Shown here: piece by piece, positions 43,179 to 53,058 of the stretch | How positions within the stretch are numbered: position 1 is the stretch's first letter | Layout of the letters: the number at the start of each line of letters is the position of its first letter | Virus record (IMG/VR): IMGVR_UViG_3300044719_000253 | Span: 32,001-96,000 of that record | Source of the DNA: a virus | Taxonomy: Duplodnaviria > Caudoviricetes | Strand: one strand, 5' to 3' | DNA length: 64,000 nt | Position numbers and translations under genes: made by a program | The notes under the pieces: model-generated | What the model was told of the DNA's origin: nothing | Databases searched by the model: none | What the model saw: only the letters and a program-made list of their open reading frames with translations

Positions 43179-44627
43179 TTAGGCCGCGATGCCACCTGCG
43201 GCCGGGGCAGTTGCCGGAACCGGTTTGTACTGGTCCAGCGACTTGTCGACCAGCACCAGCGAGGTGCGGCAGGTTTGGTAGATCTTCTTGGTGACCGGCA
43301 TGGTCAGCTCCGTCATCCAACGCGTGAGCGTGGTGTTGAAGTTGGCCATGGCTTTCATGACGTCCAGCGCGAACGCGCGTTCCATCTTGCCCGCGTCGTC
43401 ATTGCCAGCCAGTTTGGCGACTTCGGCCGAAGCATGGTTGCCGCCGTCGATCAGGTCTTGACGCACCTTCTCGATGGCTTTGCCGTCGGCCGAGGATTCG
43501 AACGCGACGACTTGCTTGACCAGGGCTTCCACCGAGTTCAGCGTCTGTTCCATTTCCGCGAAGGTCATGGTCTGGAAGCCATTCTTGGTGTTGACCAGCG
43601 AGGCCGAGCCTTGACGCGGGCGCAGCTTCATGCCGCTGTTCCGCAGGGCGGCGACGACCTGCGCGTGGCTCAGGTCACGCGTCTTGTTCTTGTCCAGACG
43701 CACCGGGTCGACATCGAAGCAACCCAGGTAGCCGGTTTGCGGATTGCCCGGGAAGCTGCCGAAGTTGTTCTTCTGCACGTTGAGGGCAACGTTCTTCAGG
43801 TGTTCGCCGGCGTTCTTCGGATCGAACTTCTTCAGTTCGGTCGCGACGTATTCACCCATGGCCTTGCAGTCCTTCAGATACGGACCGAATGCGTAGCGGC
43901 CGAGGCTGCCCAGTTCGCCCAGACCCTTGGTCAGTTCCTTGGCGTTGTGCACCATGTATTCCGGGTAGGAAATCGAGTTGGTGCCGACCATGACCGTGAC
44001 GGTGTCGGACTTGGCTGCCAGCTCGCCGGCTTCTTTCTTGCGCGCAGCGACTTTCTCGCGCAGGTCTTTGACGTTGCTCAGCAGACGCGGCGCGGCATGG
44101 AAGATGCGGGAGAAGAATTCCTTGATGGTCTTCCAGATTTCCAGGCAGAACGCGCGGATGCGTTGCCAGATTTCGGCAGCACGCTTGCGGATGTCTTCGA
44201 CGAACGATTCCAGCGAGACCTTGCCCTCGACCACGTCGGCGGCGGTCGGGATCACGTCATCGGGATCACCATCGGAACCAGCCACGGCCATTTCCGACAC
44301 GGTGTCGGTCAGCATGGCTTGCTGCGGGGTGATCTCGTTGGTGGTTTCGAGCGTGTCTGCCACGTTCAGCATGACATCGGTGACGTCTTCCACGCGGGTG
44401 GTTTCGGCCACGTCGGCCACGGCTTGGGCTTGGGCTTCGTCCGCCGCTTGCAGGTCGACGACTTCTTCGTCCAGGGTCGGCACTTCACGACCTTCCAGGA
44501 CTTGTTCGATCGGCATTTCTTCGATCGACAGGGTGGGCTGTTGGCCCTGGGCATCGAGACCTTCGTTCGACGGCTTCACCGCCGGCACGACGGGCGTACC
44601 CGGATACTTTTGAAAACGACGCATCAC
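43179..44627 (-). CDS. internal head (ejection-type) protein with acidic propeptide
   Basis: Acidic N-terminus ending VSLE/SF, then the W..I..F..EIW..I.EFF..IF helix of phiKZ-like inner-head paralogs. Confidence 0.75.
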   Translation of the reverse strand: MMRRFQKYPGTPVVPAVKPSNEGLDAQGQQPTLSIEEMPIEQVLEGREVPTLDEEVVDLQAADEAQAQAVADVAETTRVEDVTDVMLNVADTLETTNEITPQQAMLTDTVSEMAVAGSDGDPDDVIPTAADVVEGKVSLESFVEDIRKRAAEIWQRIRAFCLEIWKTIKEFFSRIFHAAPRLLSNVKDLREKVAARKKEAGELAAKSDTVTVMVGTNSISYPEYMVHNAKELTKGLGELGSLGRYAFGPYLKDCKAMGEYVATELKKFDPKNAGEHLKNVALNVQKNNFGSFPGNPQTGYLGCFDVDPVRLDKNKTRDLSHAQVVAALRNSGMKLRPRQGSASLVNTKNGFQTMTFAEMEQTLNSVEALVKQVVAFESSADGKAIEKVRQDLIDGGNHASAEVAKLAGNDDAGKMERAFALDVMKAMANFNTTLTRWMTELTMPVTKKIYQTCRTSLVLVDKSLDQYKPVPATAPAAGGIAA

Positions 44628-44674
44628 ATTACCTTTTCAGTGTGAGGGTTCGATAAGATCGAAAAAAAGAAGAC

Positions 44675-44713
44675 CACCCCTTCACCCTTGGTTGCCCAAA
44701 GAGTGAAGGGGTG
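44675..44713 (-). terminator. intrinsic terminator
   Basis: CACCCCTTCAC...GTGAAGGGGTG with a T-rich tail on the minus strand. Confidence 0.7.
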
Positions 44714-44725
44714 TTACCTTACCGA

Positions 44726-46153
44726 TTAGGCAGCGGCCGGAGCAGCGGCGCCTTCCGGTTTCTTCTCTTCGGCCTTCTTGCCGTATTGCTTCAGCGACTG
44801 CTCGCCGTATTGCAGCACGTAGCCGCCGGCGTTCAGGGCGAACGCAGCCAGCGGCGGCACCGAGCTGATGACCGAGCCCATGGCGCCTTTGGCGATGGCG
44901 CGTTCGTCGGAACCGGCCAGCATGGCCTTGGCACCTTCTTTGACTTGGTTCATCTTGCCATCGGCGTTGGCGGCTTCAGCCTGCGCGCCTTCGCGTGCTT
45001 TCTTCTCGGCAGCGGCGATGACCTTCTTGGCGATGTTCTCGGCTTCTTTCTGTGCCGACTTGTACGACAGCAGGTGGTCAGCAGCGGCGACGATCGTCTT
45101 GGCGATGGCTTGCACTTCGGCGGTCGGCAGGACCTTCAGTTGGGTCTTGTCAGCGACCTTCTTCGAAGCGTCGAACATGCCCAGCTTGTAGCCGCACTTG
45201 CCCAGCGCACCCGGCTTGGCGTCGGTGCCGGCGACGATCGCGATGATAGCTTTGTTACCCGGCAGTTCAGCGCTCTTGGCCAGTTCCAGACCTTCGCCCG
45301 GATCAGCCAGACCGACCGAAGCGGCATCGGCCACCTTGGCGAAGTGCGAAGCCAGGCCACCGTTCAGGCCGGCTGCTTGGACCACGGCTTCGACGCTGCC
45401 GCCTTGCTCCAGCGCTTTCAGCACGGTTTCGGCGAACGCGACGTTGGCTTTCGACAGGGCCGGCAGTTCAGCAGCTTCACGAGCGACGGCGTCAGCGGCG
45501 CGCTTGGCATCGACCGTTCCGCCGATGGCGAGGTTGGTGGCCAGGGTCTGGTTTTCGAAGGTCTGGCTGGCGGCTTCGCCTTTGGTGTCAGCCGCAGCTT
45601 TGGCCAGGTTCTCGGCGCGAGCCTTCAGCTTGGTGGCGCCGTCGAACAGGCGGTTCCAGACGTTGACGATGGCTTGCACGGCCGAGCGGAACATCTCGAC
45701 GATCTTGCCCCACAGTTCTTTGGCCTTCTCGGCGATCGATTCGGCGGCGAGCTTGGTGGAGGCGACTTTGTCGGCGGTGCCGCCGAACGATTCCTTCGAC
45801 AGCGTGCCGTAGGATTCGTCGTAGCCCAGGCGACGGTTGATCGAGGCCAGGTGCATGTTCAGCACGCGGGCGCCGTTGCGGTCCAGGCCGCCGTTGGCAG
45901 CGATTTCTTCCAGGGCGACGGCGGTCTCTTCCAGTTCGTCCACGGCTTGGGCCGCGTCGTCGACGATGGCTTCATCTTGGGCGACTTCGACGATGTCGGA
46001 GTTGACTTCGACCAGTTCGGCTTCGACGCTGTCCGCACCGGCTTCGACCGGAGCAGCGACGACGACCGGCTCTTCGCCGGCGACGACTGCGTTGTCTTCC
46101 AGTTCTTCGACGGCCAGGCGGGTGGCGATACCGTAGGTGCGATTGATGCGCAT
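44726..46153 (-). CDS. abundant internal head protein, paralog of 43179-44627
   Basis: Acidic propeptide, LSKE/SF, AAE/SI..ELW.KI; Ala-rich with strong GC3 bias. Confidence 0.8.
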   Translation of the reverse strand: MRINRTYGIATRLAVEELEDNAVVAGEEPVVVAAPVEAGADSVEAELVEVNSDIVEVAQDEAIVDDAAQAVDELEETAVALEEIAANGGLDRNGARVLNMHLASINRRLGYDESYGTLSKESFGGTADKVASTKLAAESIAEKAKELWGKIVEMFRSAVQAIVNVWNRLFDGATKLKARAENLAKAAADTKGEAASQTFENQTLATNLAIGGTVDAKRAADAVAREAAELPALSKANVAFAETVLKALEQGGSVEAVVQAAGLNGGLASHFAKVADAASVGLADPGEGLELAKSAELPGNKAIIAIVAGTDAKPGALGKCGYKLGMFDASKKVADKTQLKVLPTAEVQAIAKTIVAAADHLLSYKSAQKEAENIAKKVIAAAEKKAREGAQAEAANADGKMNQVKEGAKAMLAGSDERAIAKGAMGSVISSVPPLAAFALNAGGYVLQYGEQSLKQYGKKAEEKKPEGAAAPAAA

Positions 46154-46275
46154 GGTGTTACTCCATTCGAATGGTATTAATAAAAATTGAAATATTCCGC
46201 GCGGAATAGGGCATGACGATTCTGCCTTGCCACTATACTATCACCTAGTGACGCCGCAGAATCTCATAAGGATGG

Positions 46276-46881
46276 TTACACTTCGCCAAACAGGACGTGC
46301 AAAGTGTGGGCCAGATCGAAGAACCCTTGCGGGTGGCTGCACCAACGCTGGATCACATCCACCAGTTGGACATTCTTCGCCCGTTTATCCCCGGTCATGA
46401 AGAACCAGTTGAACTGGCCTTGGTTGGGGGTGACGTTGTGAGTGATCTCCGACAGGCTCAAGAGCCCTGCCCAGTTATGTAGTGACATCTGACGACGGCC
46501 GGTCTCGATAAACTCCAGCGTGTCTTGCAGGAAGCGCATGTGGATGTCACCGGTGGACGGACCCGTGGCTTGCACATCGAGCCATTCGTAGAAATCCTTG
46601 GTGCCGAACGCGTGCAGCGCGACCCGCAGGACTTTCTCGCGGAACTCCATCGAATCCATGGCACCGTAGCTGTCGTTCAGCTTGGCCCACAGGGCTTCGA
46701 TGTTTTGGTTGATCTCTTTGGCCACGGTCGGGTTCTTGAACCAATCCGGATGGTATTGGTACGAACGCAACTGGGAGGCCACCGAGCGCTCCGTCGGCTT
46801 GATCTGTTCACCCAGGCTGGCGCCGAGGAAACCACGCGGATACACCCGGAAGCCTTTATAGGCCGGTGCGGTATCAGGCAT
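46276..46881 (-). CDS. phiKZ-like virion-block conserved protein
   Basis: Start trimmed to MPDTAPAY, overlapping the upstream stop; ends WCSHPQGF.DL..TL..LFG. Confidence 0.7.
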   Translation of the reverse strand: MPDTAPAYKGFRVYPRGFLGASLGEQIKPTERSVASQLRSYQYHPDWFKNPTVAKEINQNIEALWAKLNDSYGAMDSMEFREKVLRVALHAFGTKDFYEWLDVQATGPSTGDIHMRFLQDTLEFIETGRRQMSLHNWAGLLSLSEITHNVTPNQGQFNWFFMTGDKRAKNVQLVDVIQRWCSHPQGFFDLAHTLHVLFGEV

Positions 46882-47785
46882 ATTGTTCCTCGACTTTGCG
46901 GATGTGGGCCGACAGGTCATCGATACGCTTTTGCGTATATTCGATCTGCTTATCGAGCGCCGCGTCGGGCTTGCCGTGTTGCAGGCGTTCCAGACGCAGC
47001 TTACGCAGTTCCAGCGCATCTTTCTCCGCTTTGGCGCGCTCGTAGCGGTAGTGCTGGTAATCCGCGACCTTCATGCGGATGTGGTAGATCGGGTTCATGG
47101 CCAGCGGCACGAAGCCATGGCGGAACGGATCGAGTTTGGCCGCGCCCAGTGTGCTTTGTACCGCGCGATCGCCCGAAGCGGTGACGGTGATGTCCGGGAT
47201 CTCTTCCAGGTCAGCCTTGATCTTATCGGTCGGCTTGGACAGCGTGTCCATCACAGTGCAGAAGTCGATGAAGCGGTCATGCAGGAAACGCACTTCAGCC
47301 GGCACGATCGAGGCACTGATGCTGTTCACCAGATCGCCCTCTTCATCTTCCAGTTCCGCTGCTTCCACCACATATGCATAGTTCAGGTACTTGGTGGCGT
47401 AATCTGCCGCGAAACCGATCGATTCGATCATTTGCAGGATCGCCGTCTTGTAGTACGTGATGCCCACGCCTTCGATGTCGTCCGCGTAATCCTTTTCGAC
47501 CAGCGTCTCGCACAGGTCGAGGGTGGTCAGCATTTGCTTGAGGGCCTTTTCCACCACCACGATGGTGTTCGGGCCATTGGCACCGTGGACGTTGCGCTTG
47601 AAGGTTTCCCAGTCTTTTTGCAGGGACTCGTTGGTAAACTTGCGGCTGCCGAACACACGCAGCGCGTCTTGGTAAGCCGGCATCACCACCGTGGTCAAGA
47701 GCAGCTTGTTGATACGGATGTCTTCCAGCACCGTTTGCTTGGCGAAGTTGGGCAGGAGCGACTTGAAATAAGCCAGAATTTGCAT
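46874..47785 (-). CDS. phiKZ-like head/inner-body protein
   Basis: Y.KSLLPNF.K..V.EDI start; NPIYHIRM..A.YQ..RY..AK; LDKQIEY. Confidence 0.7.
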   Translation of the reverse strand: MQILAYFKSLLPNFAKQTVLEDIRINKLLLTTVVMPAYQDALRVFGSRKFTNESLQKDWETFKRNVHGANGPNTIVVVEKALKQMLTTLDLCETLVEKDYADDIEGVGITYYKTAILQMIESIGFAADYATKYLNYAYVVEAAELEDEEGDLVNSISASIVPAEVRFLHDRFIDFCTVMDTLSKPTDKIKADLEEIPDITVTASGDRAVQSTLGAAKLDPFRHGFVPLAMNPIYHIRMKVADYQHYRYERAKAEKDALELRKLRLERLQHGKPDAALDKQIEYTQKRIDDLSAHIRKVEEQYA

Positions 47786-47804
47786 GGTAAGAATTCCTTA
47801 TGGG

Positions 47805-48941
47805 TTACAGCGACGGCGCATGGCCCGACATGAGTGCTTTCAGCACATCTTCCACCGACGCTCCATTGCCCTTGTTCGATGCTTTGAGATCCTTGATCCG
47901 GACCACCGTCGGCAGTGCGATATCGCGGTAGTAGAAAGTCACAGTGTTGTAGTCGACTTCATCGACCACGGCCATGATCATCAGCGAGGTATGCTTCATC
48001 ATGCGCTGGCGGATATCGAACTTGGAGAGCTTGCCTTCCAGTTGCAGTTCGAGTTGATCGGCGCTGTCTTTGGTGAGCACCACCATGTTCGACGACGAGG
48101 CAATGGTCGGCTGGCCAGTGATGACCGAGGTCAGGGTGTTGCTGAAATTGGTGCGGTCGATGTTCGACAGCGTGCCGGTTTTGTCTTTCAGCAGGTCTTT
48201 GCGGTGCTTGTCGATCAGGTCGTTGCAGAACACCAGATCTTTCCAGAAGCCAAGGCGACCCGCCTTCCAACCATGCCAGCGTTCCTTGAAGGAATTGTCT
48301 TCACTGCCCGTGGCTAAAATATGAATCAGATCCGGCGAGGGCAGCATGGAAGCGATCAGGCGGATGTTGATCTGAACCGGAATCGAGTGTTGACCGTCAC
48401 TGATCTGGATCTCGTAGGCTTTGCCGATCGAGAGGTTGGCCAGTTCGGTCATGGTCTTGCCCACGTCCTTGGCAACCGGCTTGACATCACCGCCAGATTG
48501 ACCGTAAGTCTTGTTGACTTTAACGGTATTGTTGGCTGCCGCGGCATCGCCCGATTCCACCGCCAGTTGCAGTGGCTTGTTGTTGGGGAACGGCAGACCG
48601 TGCTCATACGACTCGGTCGCGACCAGCCAGGTCGACAGGCCAGCGTTGACCGGACTGCGGTTGGGATTGAGGGCGTCGAGGCGTTCCAGCACGCGCACGT
48701 TGCCGATGGTATTCATCAGCGAGGCCGCTTGCAGGTAATACCCGGCAAAGATCGACAGCAGACTTTGTTGGACTTCGCCGATGCAATCGAGGTGCATGGC
48801 GGACTGCTCGATGAGTACCACGGGTTCGACCCGACCGACACTGGTGAAATCCACCAGCGAGTTGCTACCACCGCCGCGGCGCAGCAAATCACCTGCTCGG
48901 TTCAGAACGGTGAGCCCACCATTCATGATATCGCTATACAT
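47805..48941 (-). CDS. phiKZ-like head/inner-body protein
   Basis: SLVDFTSVGRVEP..LIE; QSLLSIFAGYYLQA; ERWH.WKAG.L.FWKDLVFCNDLID; ATE/S and AVE/S sites. Confidence 0.75.
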   Translation of the reverse strand: MYSDIMNGGLTVLNRAGDLLRRGGGSNSLVDFTSVGRVEPVVLIEQSAMHLDCIGEVQQSLLSIFAGYYLQAASLMNTIGNVRVLERLDALNPNRSPVNAGLSTWLVATESYEHGLPFPNNKPLQLAVESGDAAAANNTVKVNKTYGQSGGDVKPVAKDVGKTMTELANLSIGKAYEIQISDGQHSIPVQINIRLIASMLPSPDLIHILATGSEDNSFKERWHGWKAGRLGFWKDLVFCNDLIDKHRKDLLKDKTGTLSNIDRTNFSNTLTSVITGQPTIASSSNMVVLTKDSADQLELQLEGKLSKFDIRQRMMKHTSLMIMAVVDEVDYNTVTFYYRDIALPTVVRIKDLKASNKGNGASVEDVLKALMSGHAPSL

Positions 48942-48972
48942 TGTTTTTCCTTTTAATACAAGGGGTTTCTAA

Positions 48973-50073
48973 ATGGCCGATGATAATTCGAACGCCTATC
49001 GGGACGTTTCCTACAGCGCCAGGACAGTTACATCTGCTGATGTCGACCAAGTCTTCCGCATCACCCCCGCGGGCCAACCGAATACCGCGATCGGGGATAA
49101 TTTTCGTGGCTTTAACCACAGACAAGCGCCGAGCCTCATACCAATTAATAAGGACCAGTATGGCTTGACGTTTTTCACCCGGCCCCGGATGAACTTATCG
49201 GACCAGAATTTGCGCATCATGCGGAAGCTCTCACCACTGCTTTCCCAACGCGATGATTCGCTGCAACGTATTATTCGATGCTGGCTTGATCCCGTGGGGA
49301 ACAAGGCCGGTGACTTCACCAGCCCGTATGTCGACCCCTGCATGCCCTTCATCCCCATGCTCAGTAACCTCCTGATCAGCTTACCGGGTTGGCCCGATGT
49401 GTCGATGCCGTATTCGACGTCGGCCTCGGGGATTCGCCAAGAACAGTTCTCGCTGTACGATGGCACCGAAGAAATCAATCGAATCGTGGATCTGACGGCG
49501 AACTTCCGTAACGTTGATGGGGACCCGATCACGCCACTCCTGGACACTTGGTTGACCTATGGGCGCGGGGTGTACTTCGGCGATCTGTTGCCGCACGGGG
49601 ATTCGATTTTGGAAAATGAAGTCGATTACGACACCCGCATCTACCGCCTGATCCTGGACAGCAAGAAGCAGCACGTACTACGGATTGCCGCTACGGGTTG
49701 GGGTGACCCAGTGTCGAACCCGAATGGTGCCGTTTTCAATTACGAAGCCGACACCGGCGGTGGCCAAGTCAACAACGGCTTGCAACAGATCAGTGTGCAT
49801 TTTGTCAATACCGGCATCATGTACAATGACCCGATCCTGTACTGGGAATTCAATCAGTGCAGTGAACAGTGGTTCAATCCTGCCATGGCCGATGGCACCC
49901 GGGAACAAGTGTATCAAAAGATTCCCATCGACGAGCTGCCGATCTTCAACTACCGCGGCTATCCCCGTATCAACCTCGAAACGTTTGAATTGGAATGGTG
50001 GGTCTCTAAACAAGAATACAACGCCCTCACTTCTGTCATTCAACGGTATAAAACCACCCAAGGCCAATTATGA
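48973..50073 (+). CDS. phiKZ-like virion structural protein (tube/baseplate-like fold suspected)
   Basis: GLTFFTRPRMNLS..N; PFIPMLSNLL.SLPGWPD; DYDTRIYRLILD. Confidence 0.7.
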   Translation: MADDNSNAYRDVSYSARTVTSADVDQVFRITPAGQPNTAIGDNFRGFNHRQAPSLIPINKDQYGLTFFTRPRMNLSDQNLRIMRKLSPLLSQRDDSLQRIIRCWLDPVGNKAGDFTSPYVDPCMPFIPMLSNLLISLPGWPDVSMPYSTSASGIRQEQFSLYDGTEEINRIVDLTANFRNVDGDPITPLLDTWLTYGRGVYFGDLLPHGDSILENEVDYDTRIYRLILDSKKQHVLRIAATGWGDPVSNPNGAVFNYEADTGGGQVNNGLQQISVHFVNTGIMYNDPILYWEFNQCSEQWFNPAMADGTREQVYQKIPIDELPIFNYRGYPRINLETFELEWWVSKQEYNALTSVIQRYKTTQGQL

Positions 50074-53006
50074 CGCTCGCCAGCCAAGACTTGATTGACA
50101 ACATCACAACCTACCGTTTCAATCCCACCGCACTGCAGCGGACCATGATTCAAGCGGTCACCGAAGCCAACAACGGGGAACAACCGGCGTTTGACGCCAC
50201 CCTCCCGTTCGTCCAAGCCCTGTCGGCGGGGGCGTACGAGACCGCCGCGTTCATGCAAGAGAATGCGGCAGAAAACCGTCGCCGCTATCCGTCGCTCGCG
50301 CAGACGCAAGAAGACCTGTATCTGCACATGTCGGATACGGATTACATTAACCGCTTTTCGATTCCTGCCACTGCTACGTTCAACTTCCGCTTTGTTAAGT
50401 CGGAACTGATCAACGCGATGGTATATGAACCGGAAACCGGGTACATGAAGCTGGTGATCCCCCGCAATACGTTCTTCACGGTGGATGTGTACACCTTCAG
50501 TTTGCAATACCCGATTGAAATTCGGCTACTGCTGAATAACGGTCTGCAAATCACGTACAACAACGATGTGCCGTCGCCGCTGCAAAGTCTGGTCAGTAAC
50601 ACCATCGAATACCAGATCCAAGAAGATGCGAATTACATTGAATACGTGACATTCGCGGTCCCGACCATGCAATTTGCGATCACCCAAAGCACGATGCCAA
50701 TCAGCTTGGGGAAAGAATTGCAGATGACCATGCCGATCAGCGACCAGTTTTACTACGCCCGGGTGTACCACAAGAACCCCACCACCAAGGCGTGGGATGA
50801 ACTGGTCACCACCCATTCGGCCATGGTATACGACATCAAGAAGCCGACGGCGGTGCTGCAAGTGTTGAATGGCTATCTGTCGGTACGAATCCCGCAGATT
50901 TACACCAACACCAGCCAACTTAGCTCGACCATCCGGGTCGATCTGTACCAAACCAAAGGCGCGATCAACGTACCGTTGGCGGACTACCACAATAACGCGG
51001 TTACCATCACCTGGAAGACGTTCGATTCCACCGAAGTGGGTAACAAATACTCAGTCGCCCTGCCGAGCTTAAACGTGGCGGGTTTCTCCGATGAAGTGGT
51101 GATCGGGGGTAAGAATGAGATGGATTTCGAAACCTTGCGCACCAACGTCATCAACAACGCAGTCGGTCCGATCGAACAAGCCATCACCCCGGCCCGTCTG
51201 GTGGTGCAGATGCAAAACGCCGGTTACTCGGTGGTCAAGGACATCGACAATGTCACCAACCGGGTCTTCTTGGCAACGCGGGAAATGCCCTCGCCCGATG
51301 TGGTCAAGGTCACCAATACCAAAGACAGCAAGGTCAAACTCTTGACGGCGGCTGCTGCCTCGATCGAGACCTTAACCACCTCAACCGAGCAACTGGCGGG
51401 ATTGAGTACGGTGAAAGACAATGGTGAGAGTTTGACCATCATGCCAGACACCCTGTACCAACTGGTCAATGGCGTGGTCAAGACGGTCCCAGGCACTGAA
51501 GTGGCACGGCTACTGGCCTTGTCGCCGGATAAACGGGCGCAAGAAGTCACTGCCGGTAACTACTTGTCTACGCCGTTCCACTACGTACTGGACACCAGCA
51601 ACAGCGCGTTTGAGATCCGGCCGTATTATCTCGATGCGCCGGTGGCCCAGTCGAAAGTGTTCGTCAAGCAAAACGACACGACTCTGATGTTGGTTGGCAC
51701 CTCGACTTACGCCTTGTCTCGGGTAGGCAGTGGTTACCAGTTGACGGTATATACGCGCTCGGATGACACTTACAAAGCGATTCCAGATAACCAGGTGTTT
51801 GCCCAGCTGGCCTATGTACCGTACGGGGAACGGGATCGGGCATATGTGAACGGGGTGCTGGTGGGCAAAACCGCCGCTGGGGAACGGGTGTATACGTTCG
51901 ATCTGTCTACCACCTTCAATGTCGACAGCAACAACAATCTGGACCTCACGCAATTCACGATGTACAACAGTGAGAGCCGGATCACCAAGACCCCGCTGAC
52001 CAACACCTTTGATATCGTTTATGCCACCTCGGCGGTATTGAGTGGTAAGTGGAGTCCAAATGCGGTCGATGATGTCTTGGGTAAACATCTGTTGCCCAAT
52101 CAAATCGCCGGGATCAACCACGAGCGCATCACCATGAAATTCGGTGATGCCTTGGACATGCTTTGGACCCGAGCCCGCAGTGTGGTCGATTCGATTGTGT
52201 ATGCAACCTGGGATTCTGACCAGCAAGCGTTCTATAAGCAAGACGTGTACCAATACAACGCTGATGGTACCAAACTCACGGTGGTGAACGGTGCACTACA
52301 ATACACGATCTTGCATCATCAGGGTGATCCGATCCTGGACCAAGACGGCAACATCACGTACGAACATCGCCAAGGCGATCTGAAGCGTGATGTGAACGGC
52401 AACTTGATTCCAGTCAACCCGCGTGGCATGTTGCGTCAGATGGATCTGTTCTTACTGGAAGGGGTGTATTGGTTTGCCACGGAAGCCACGACCACGGCTT
52501 ACCGCCAGACCTTGACCCAAGTGCTGGTGAACTGGATCGTCAACGATCTGGAACCGTTCAAGGGTGCGCTGCTGGACAAGACGCGGGTGTACTTCTATCC
52601 GAAGACCACCTCGGGCGTGATTCCCGTCTACATCTTGGATGGTGCGGTGGCGAATATCGATGCGGGTCAAGCCTTCACCGTGACGCTGGGGGTGACGGAA
52701 CAAGTGTACAACAATCTCAATCTGCGTTCACGCTTGAACGAAACCACGGTGCGGGTGTTGTACGAAGCCTTGCAACAAGCCACGGTCTCGATGTCGACTA
52801 TCATCCAACTCTTGAAGAATGCCTACGGTTCGGATGTGGTGAATATCCAAATCACCGGGCTCGGTGGGGCGGATGATTACTCGGTGGTCACAGTGGTCGA
52901 TGGAACGGATCGCCTGTCGATCAAGAAGCGGTTAGTGGCCTTGGCAGACGGGAAACTGGCGGCCCAAGAAGCCATCGATGTGAATTACCGCGTGGTAACT
53001 GTCTAA
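50070..53006 (+). CDS. large phiKZ-like virion structural protein (baseplate wedge-like)
   Basis: 978 aa; YRFNP..LQR; RRYPSLA...EDLYLHMSD.DY..RF; GGKNEMDFETLR; ATGA coupling. Confidence 0.75.
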   Translation: MTLASQDLIDNITTYRFNPTALQRTMIQAVTEANNGEQPAFDATLPFVQALSAGAYETAAFMQENAAENRRRYPSLAQTQEDLYLHMSDTDYINRFSIPATATFNFRFVKSELINAMVYEPETGYMKLVIPRNTFFTVDVYTFSLQYPIEIRLLLNNGLQITYNNDVPSPLQSLVSNTIEYQIQEDANYIEYVTFAVPTMQFAITQSTMPISLGKELQMTMPISDQFYYARVYHKNPTTKAWDELVTTHSAMVYDIKKPTAVLQVLNGYLSVRIPQIYTNTSQLSSTIRVDLYQTKGAINVPLADYHNNAVTITWKTFDSTEVGNKYSVALPSLNVAGFSDEVVIGGKNEMDFETLRTNVINNAVGPIEQAITPARLVVQMQNAGYSVVKDIDNVTNRVFLATREMPSPDVVKVTNTKDSKVKLLTAAAASIETLTTSTEQLAGLSTVKDNGESLTIMPDTLYQLVNGVVKTVPGTEVARLLALSPDKRAQEVTAGNYLSTPFHYVLDTSNSAFEIRPYYLDAPVAQSKVFVKQNDTTLMLVGTSTYALSRVGSGYQLTVYTRSDDTYKAIPDNQVFAQLAYVPYGERDRAYVNGVLVGKTAAGERVYTFDLSTTFNVDSNNNLDLTQFTMYNSESRITKTPLTNTFDIVYATSAVLSGKWSPNAVDDVLGKHLLPNQIAGINHERITMKFGDALDMLWTRARSVVDSIVYATWDSDQQAFYKQDVYQYNADGTKLTVVNGALQYTILHHQGDPILDQDGNITYEHRQGDLKRDVNGNLIPVNPRGMLRQMDLFLLEGVYWFATEATTTAYRQTLTQVLVNWIVNDLEPFKGALLDKTRVYFYPKTTSGVIPVYILDGAVANIDAGQAFTVTLGVTEQVYNNLNLRSRLNETTVRVLYEALQQATVSMSTIIQLLKNAYGSDVVNIQITGLGGADDYSVVTVVDGTDRLSIKKRLVALADGKLAAQEAIDVNYRVVTV

Positions 53007-53016
53007 CGACAACATA

Positions 53017-53047
53017 CCTCCCTCTACCCGCATGGGGTAGAGGGAGG
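53017..53047. terminator. bidirectional hairpin between convergent genes
   Basis: CCTCCCTCTACCC-GCATG-GGGTAGAGGGAGG flanked by CATA and TATG. Confidence 0.75.
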
Positions 53048-53058
53048 CTATGCCGCGA

